A stretch of DNA of 64,000 nucleotides from Opitutaceae bacterium. Its GTDB lineage: Bacteria > Verrucomicrobiota > Verrucomicrobiia > Opitutales > Coraliomargaritaceae. Position 1 is the first letter of the stretch, and every line of letters begins with the position of its first letter. The notes under the pieces were generated by a model, which was not told the origin of the DNA, made no database searches, and was given only the letters and a program-made list of their open reading frames with translations. Made by a program: the position numbers and the translations under genes. Shown piece after piece: positions 60,352 through 64,000 of this stretch. The DNA is taken from the NCBI GenBank assembly GCA_051252375.1, contig JBPOFY010000003.1, forward strand, positions 192,001 through 256,000, given 5' to 3'.

Positions 60352-61746
60352 CTATCTCCAAAGGTCGTAGCCGTATTCCCAACCTGCACGCACCGGTTCT
60401 CTAATGTATTGGTTGAGCTCAGGGCGGTTGGTGATACCTTTCTGCGGATCCCACTCGATACGACCACCGAAGCGCGCGGCAAGCACACCAATTAGCATCG
60501 TCTCAGTGAAAGGTGCGGCGAAGTCGAAGTTGGCACCTGGCGCTGGACCATCGCCTTTGATGGCATCGACCCACTCGCCGAACGGTCCATTTTTAATACG
60601 CGGATATTTTTCTTCAGGGTATCCTGCTTCTTTGAATGTGCGCATAGCGTCCTTATCTGCTAAGCGCGGGTTGTTGGAACGCTCGTCGGTAAAACCAGTT
60701 TGCTTATCACCAATAAAGAGAGTGCCGTGCTTTGGCAGATTGCCCCAGGTCCAATCCTTGTGGGATTTGGGGAGATCCTTTGGCTCGCCGTTTGACCAGC
60801 GGAATGTGCACGGGGCTTTACTGCCACGCTGTTTAAACTCCCAACGGACAGTGTTGCCGTCGGGAACCATCCAATCGTTGCCGCCATGACTACTTTCGAG
60901 TTCAACGACTACCGGCTCATAGAGGTCTAAGATGTAGACAGCAGCGTCAGCAATGTGTGGGAACCAGTCGCCGAATGTGCCGTTGCCGAAAGCATGATAG
61001 CCGCGCCAGGTCTTCGGGTGATAGGTATCGTTGAAAGTCGTATCTGCCGAGTTGGGTCCTAGACATAGATCCCAGTCGAGTTCATTTGGAATCTGGTCGA
61101 CCGGTGGTGGGAAAGATTTTGGTGAGGCGAAATAGCCCCGACGGTTGCCCGGATTGTAGTCTGGGATACTGGGTCCTGGAATCCACGACTGCACTTCGCG
61201 GACTTGCCCGAGGACATCTGCCTCATACCATTCTTTCATTTGGCGTATACCATTAAAAGTATGCCCTTGCACGGCCATGTTAGTAATGACGCCGTATTTA
61301 TCTTTTGCTTTCTTTAGTGTGCGTGCTTGCCAGATGTTATGCGTCAATGGCTTCTGCGTGCAAACGTGCTTACCCATTTGCATGGCGTGCATGGTGGCCG
61401 CAAAGTGCGTATGGTCAGGAGTGTTGATGCAGACTGCATCGATATCCTTTTCCATTTTATCCAGCATTTCACGGAAGTCCGCAAAGTGCTTGGCGCTTTC
61501 GACCACGGGGTGCCTTTTCTTGTGCTGCAAAAACATCCGTGAATCGACGTCGGCTAGTGCGACGATATTTTCGCCCTTACATCCATCGTATGCCATCGAA
61601 GCAATGTTGCCTGCTCCGATCATAGCAATGTTGAGCTTGCTGTTTGCTGAGCCTCCCGATTGTCCGATCGAGAAACGGGGTAAGATGAATGCACCCGCAG
61701 AGGCTACGGTTGTTGTTTTGATGAAATTTCTACGTGTGGTCTTCAT
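60352..61746 (-). CDS. Gfo/Idh/MocA oxidoreductase with Tat signal
   Basis: TRRNFIK, IGAG, TPDHTHF, QKPL. Confidence 0.9.
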   Translation of the reverse strand: MKTTRRNFIKTTTVASAGAFILPRFSIGQSGGSANSKLNIAMIGAGNIASMAYDGCKGENIVALADVDSRMFLQHKKRHPVVESAKHFADFREMLDKMEKDIDAVCINTPDHTHFAATMHAMQMGKHVCTQKPLTHNIWQARTLKKAKDKYGVITNMAVQGHTFNGIRQMKEWYEADVLGQVREVQSWIPGPSIPDYNPGNRRGYFASPKSFPPPVDQIPNELDWDLCLGPNSADTTFNDTYHPKTWRGYHAFGNGTFGDWFPHIADAAVYILDLYEPVVVELESSHGGNDWMVPDGNTVRWEFKQRGSKAPCTFRWSNGEPKDLPKSHKDWTWGNLPKHGTLFIGDKQTGFTDERSNNPRLADKDAMRTFKEAGYPEEKYPRIKNGPFGEWVDAIKGDGPAPGANFDFAAPFTETMLIGVLAARFGGRIEWDPQKGITNRPELNQYIREPVRAGWEYGYDLWR

Positions 61747-61788
61747 GTTGTCTTTTTTCTTGTCGATGACTCTTTAGCTGGAAACAGC

Positions 61789-63141
61789 TTAAGCGCGGAG
61801 ATCTGTTACTTTGAACCCTTCGCGTGCTTCGGTTTGTAGCAGCGCATTGGCTTCGTCGTTGTTCTGGATCGTCATTGTCTTGGTGTCGTAGTCGATGGCT
61901 TTGCCGGTGCGGATGGCTAGTGTGCCAAGTGCGATCATCTCGGTGAGTGGGCCTGCGTAATCGAAGCTTGATCCGGGCTTAGGCCCTTCGCCTTTGATTG
62001 CACGTAGCCATTCGTCCATCTGCGAGCCTTTGATGCGGGGATACACTTTCTCGGGGCGCATGGATGGCGTTGTTCTGAATTCTTGCCAGAGTGATTCTGG
62101 GAAGAGTCGTGGACTATCCGGACGCATACCTGAGTGATAAATGATACCCTTGGTGCCGATGAGCATTAAACCGCCTTCACCAGTATATTCTGTGTCGCCA
62201 AGCATCTCCGGTTTTGGCGGTAGTTTAGGGCCTTCATACCAAGTCATTTTCACGTCTTTCTTCGCGGCCTTGGAGTAGCATGTATAGGTGACGACAGAGG
62301 CTTCAGGTGTGTAGAGCGGGTTCACATGATCGACCTTCACATCAACACGCTTTGGGATGTCGAGGTCTAGGGCCCAGAAAGGGGAGTCGAGCGTGTGGCA
62401 ACCGATGTCGCCTAGGGCGCCCATGCCGAATTTCCACCAACCACGCCAGAATACCGGGTGAAATGCCTTTGGTGCATATTCGGGTGCATCCTCCACGGGA
62501 CCGACCCATAGATCCCAATTTACATGGTCTGGCACCGGTGCTGGTTCTGGATATTCTTTAAGTTCACCATTAAATCCGTAGCCTGCTTTCGGACGATTTG
62601 TCCATGCGACGACTTCTTGGATCTCGCCGATGAGACCTGCCTCATACCATTCGCGAATGTAGCGCATACCTTCGAACGCGTGACCTTGGTTGCCCATTTG
62701 GGTGATGACACCGGACTCATCCGCGAGCGACATCATTTGACGAATTTCACTAATGCTATGTGCAAGCGGTTTCTGCACGTGCACGTGCTTACCCAAACTC
62801 ATGGCCATCATGGTTGCGTGAAAGTGCGTATGGTCAGGAGTGGAGATGACGACGCCGTCGATCTCGTCCTTCAATTCATTCAGCATCACACGATAGTCTG
62901 CATATGTCTTCGCGTCGGGATATTGTTTTTGTGCGCTCTCCAGCACCTTTGAGTCGATGTCGCAGAGCGCGACGATCTTGGCACCATGGATGCCCTTGAT
63001 GTCGGCTCTACCTCGACCGCCAACGCCGATACAGGCCAGGCGAGGTTCGGCTATGGGAGCAGTGCCGGCTCTAGCTAATAGAGTGAATCCGGCATATGCA
63101 CCGATGCTAGAAGCGATGAATTTTCTGCGATTAATTTTCAT
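61789..63141 (-). CDS. Gfo/Idh/MocA oxidoreductase with Tat signal
   Basis: NRRKFI, IGVGGRG, TPDHTHF, QKPL, GDIGCH. Confidence 0.9.
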   Translation of the reverse strand: MKINRRKFIASSIGAYAGFTLLARAGTAPIAEPRLACIGVGGRGRADIKGIHGAKIVALCDIDSKVLESAQKQYPDAKTYADYRVMLNELKDEIDGVVISTPDHTHFHATMMAMSLGKHVHVQKPLAHSISEIRQMMSLADESGVITQMGNQGHAFEGMRYIREWYEAGLIGEIQEVVAWTNRPKAGYGFNGELKEYPEPAPVPDHVNWDLWVGPVEDAPEYAPKAFHPVFWRGWWKFGMGALGDIGCHTLDSPFWALDLDIPKRVDVKVDHVNPLYTPEASVVTYTCYSKAAKKDVKMTWYEGPKLPPKPEMLGDTEYTGEGGLMLIGTKGIIYHSGMRPDSPRLFPESLWQEFRTTPSMRPEKVYPRIKGSQMDEWLRAIKGEGPKPGSSFDYAGPLTEMIALGTLAIRTGKAIDYDTKTMTIQNNDEANALLQTEAREGFKVTDLRA

Positions 63142-63243
63142 AATTTAGGGGAGGGGATTTTTGGTTATGTGTTTTCGCTAAAACGGGTGAGTTAATTATA
63201 TCTGAAGCTTATGGATTTAGAATCCAGTGTATACAGGATGATC

Positions 63244-64000
63244 TTAGTCGGCTGTATTCTCAGTGGTGAGTGGCACGACCATGTTCCAGGACTTCGTGGA
63301 GTTTCCAAAGCCGCCGGGACCGTCCATCGTGGCAAAGAAAAGATGAGTGATTTTGCCGTTCTCAATTAAACCGAATGGGCGTTCGAGTTGCCCCATTTGA
63401 ATGGTCTGTCCGTCGTCCCAAGCCAGCGTCCGAGAATAGGCGAGTGGCTCTTTATCCAATGTCCAGTTTAGGGCATCTTTGGAGTGTGCAATTATCCCAG
63501 AATGGTGTTGGCCGGCGAGTGTATCGTTCATGTCTTTGGCGATCATGTGATAGCCAGTCTCGTCGCGCCATAGATAGGGGTCTTCGACTTCACCCATTTT
63601 GTCGGCTCCGAAAATCGGCTCGTCTCCAACTACTGTGTATGGACCTTCGAAGTGCTCCGCAGTGGCGAGACCGATTTTCATCGAGCTGTGGTATGGGAAA
63701 GACTCGTTATATTTCCGCGACTTAAAAATCAGTTTCACGCTGCCGTCCTCGTTGATCCATGGGGCAGGGTTGGATGTGAGGAATTCGTAGAAAGTATCTG
63801 GTTGCGTGGGTAGAATGCACGCGTCGCGACGTTCCCACGGACCATTCAGGTCTTTGGAAGTGGCGATGCCGATACGCTTGTTGGAGCGTCCGACGACCGT
63901 GTAGTGCGAGTCGAGTGTGAGCACGGCAGGATCGGTGATCTCCTCGAAGGGGTGGGTCGAGCCCATGTAATACATGACGTAGGTGTCTTTGTATTTTACG
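63244..64000 (-). CDS. Five-bladed beta-propeller glycoside hydrolase (GH43/GH117-like clan), partial
   Basis: The frame stays open to the window edge (VKYKDTYVMYYMG); IGIATS..LNGPW, TSNPAP, EVEDPYLW, LERP motifs. Confidence 0.75.
   Translation of the reverse strand, partial: VKYKDTYVMYYMGSTHPFEEITDPAVLTLDSHYTVVGRSNKRIGIATSKDLNGPWERRDACILPTQPDTFYEFLTSNPAPWINEDGSVKLIFKSRKYNESFPYHSSMKIGLATAEHFEGPYTVVGDEPIFGADKMGEVEDPYLWRDETGYHMIAKDMNDTLAGQHHSGIIAHSKDALNWTLDKEPLAYSRTLAWDDGQTIQMGQLERPFGLIENGKITHLFFATMDGPGGFGNSTKSWNMVVPLTTENTAD

Noticed and set aside
156..63790. The many short ORFs overlapping or antisense to the called genes (e.g. 1773-2309, 42276-42800, 55104-55646, 58439-58738)
   Set aside because: Shadow frames of well-supported genes or of repeat DNA, with no motifs of their own.
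1..64000. CRISPR arrays, tRNA/rRNA genes, transposases, integrases, prophage or defence genes
   Set aside because: None recognised; the repeats found are gene duplications or isolated REP-like hairpins without repeat-spacer periodicity.

Overview
A 64 kb bacterial chromosomal segment of roughly 50% GC. Gene content and protein styles point to a marine Verrucomicrobiota (Opitutae, Coraliomargarita/Lentimonas-like); this taxonomic call is an inference. The left ~24 kb is mostly core: type II secretion gspGHIJK plus a partial gspL-like gene, an HTH-less response regulator, a MoxR-DUF58-transglutaminase operon, tsaE-thiL-xth, two paralogous three-gene minor-pilin cassettes, lptB-hprK, dnaA (DnaA boxes upstream, no dnaN, no visible GC-skew switch) and hrpB. 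The right ~40 kb is accessory and oriented to sulfated polysaccharides and the cell surface: an SHD1-fused GH168-like enzyme, five tandem S1 sulfatases, a PL8 lyase, two ~2000-aa lamin-tail/CotH proteins sharing a 15-nt upstream motif, a beta-helix protein, two Tat-type Gfo/Idh/MocA oxidoreductases and a partial beta-propeller glycosidase. The best candidate for an undescribed system is at 33056-42943: a TolC with no pump or adaptor, four PhnD-like binding proteins with no ABC transporter (three are a 959-bp tandem triplication), a membrane hybrid kinase with Hpt, and a convergent REC-HisKA protein whose ATP-binding motifs are degenerate. It looks like a trans-envelope signalling module. Also seen: two covarying REP-like hairpin families and a shared C-terminal domain resembling a sorting signal, including an orphan pseudogene copy. 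No rRNA, tRNA, CRISPR array or transposase was recognised.
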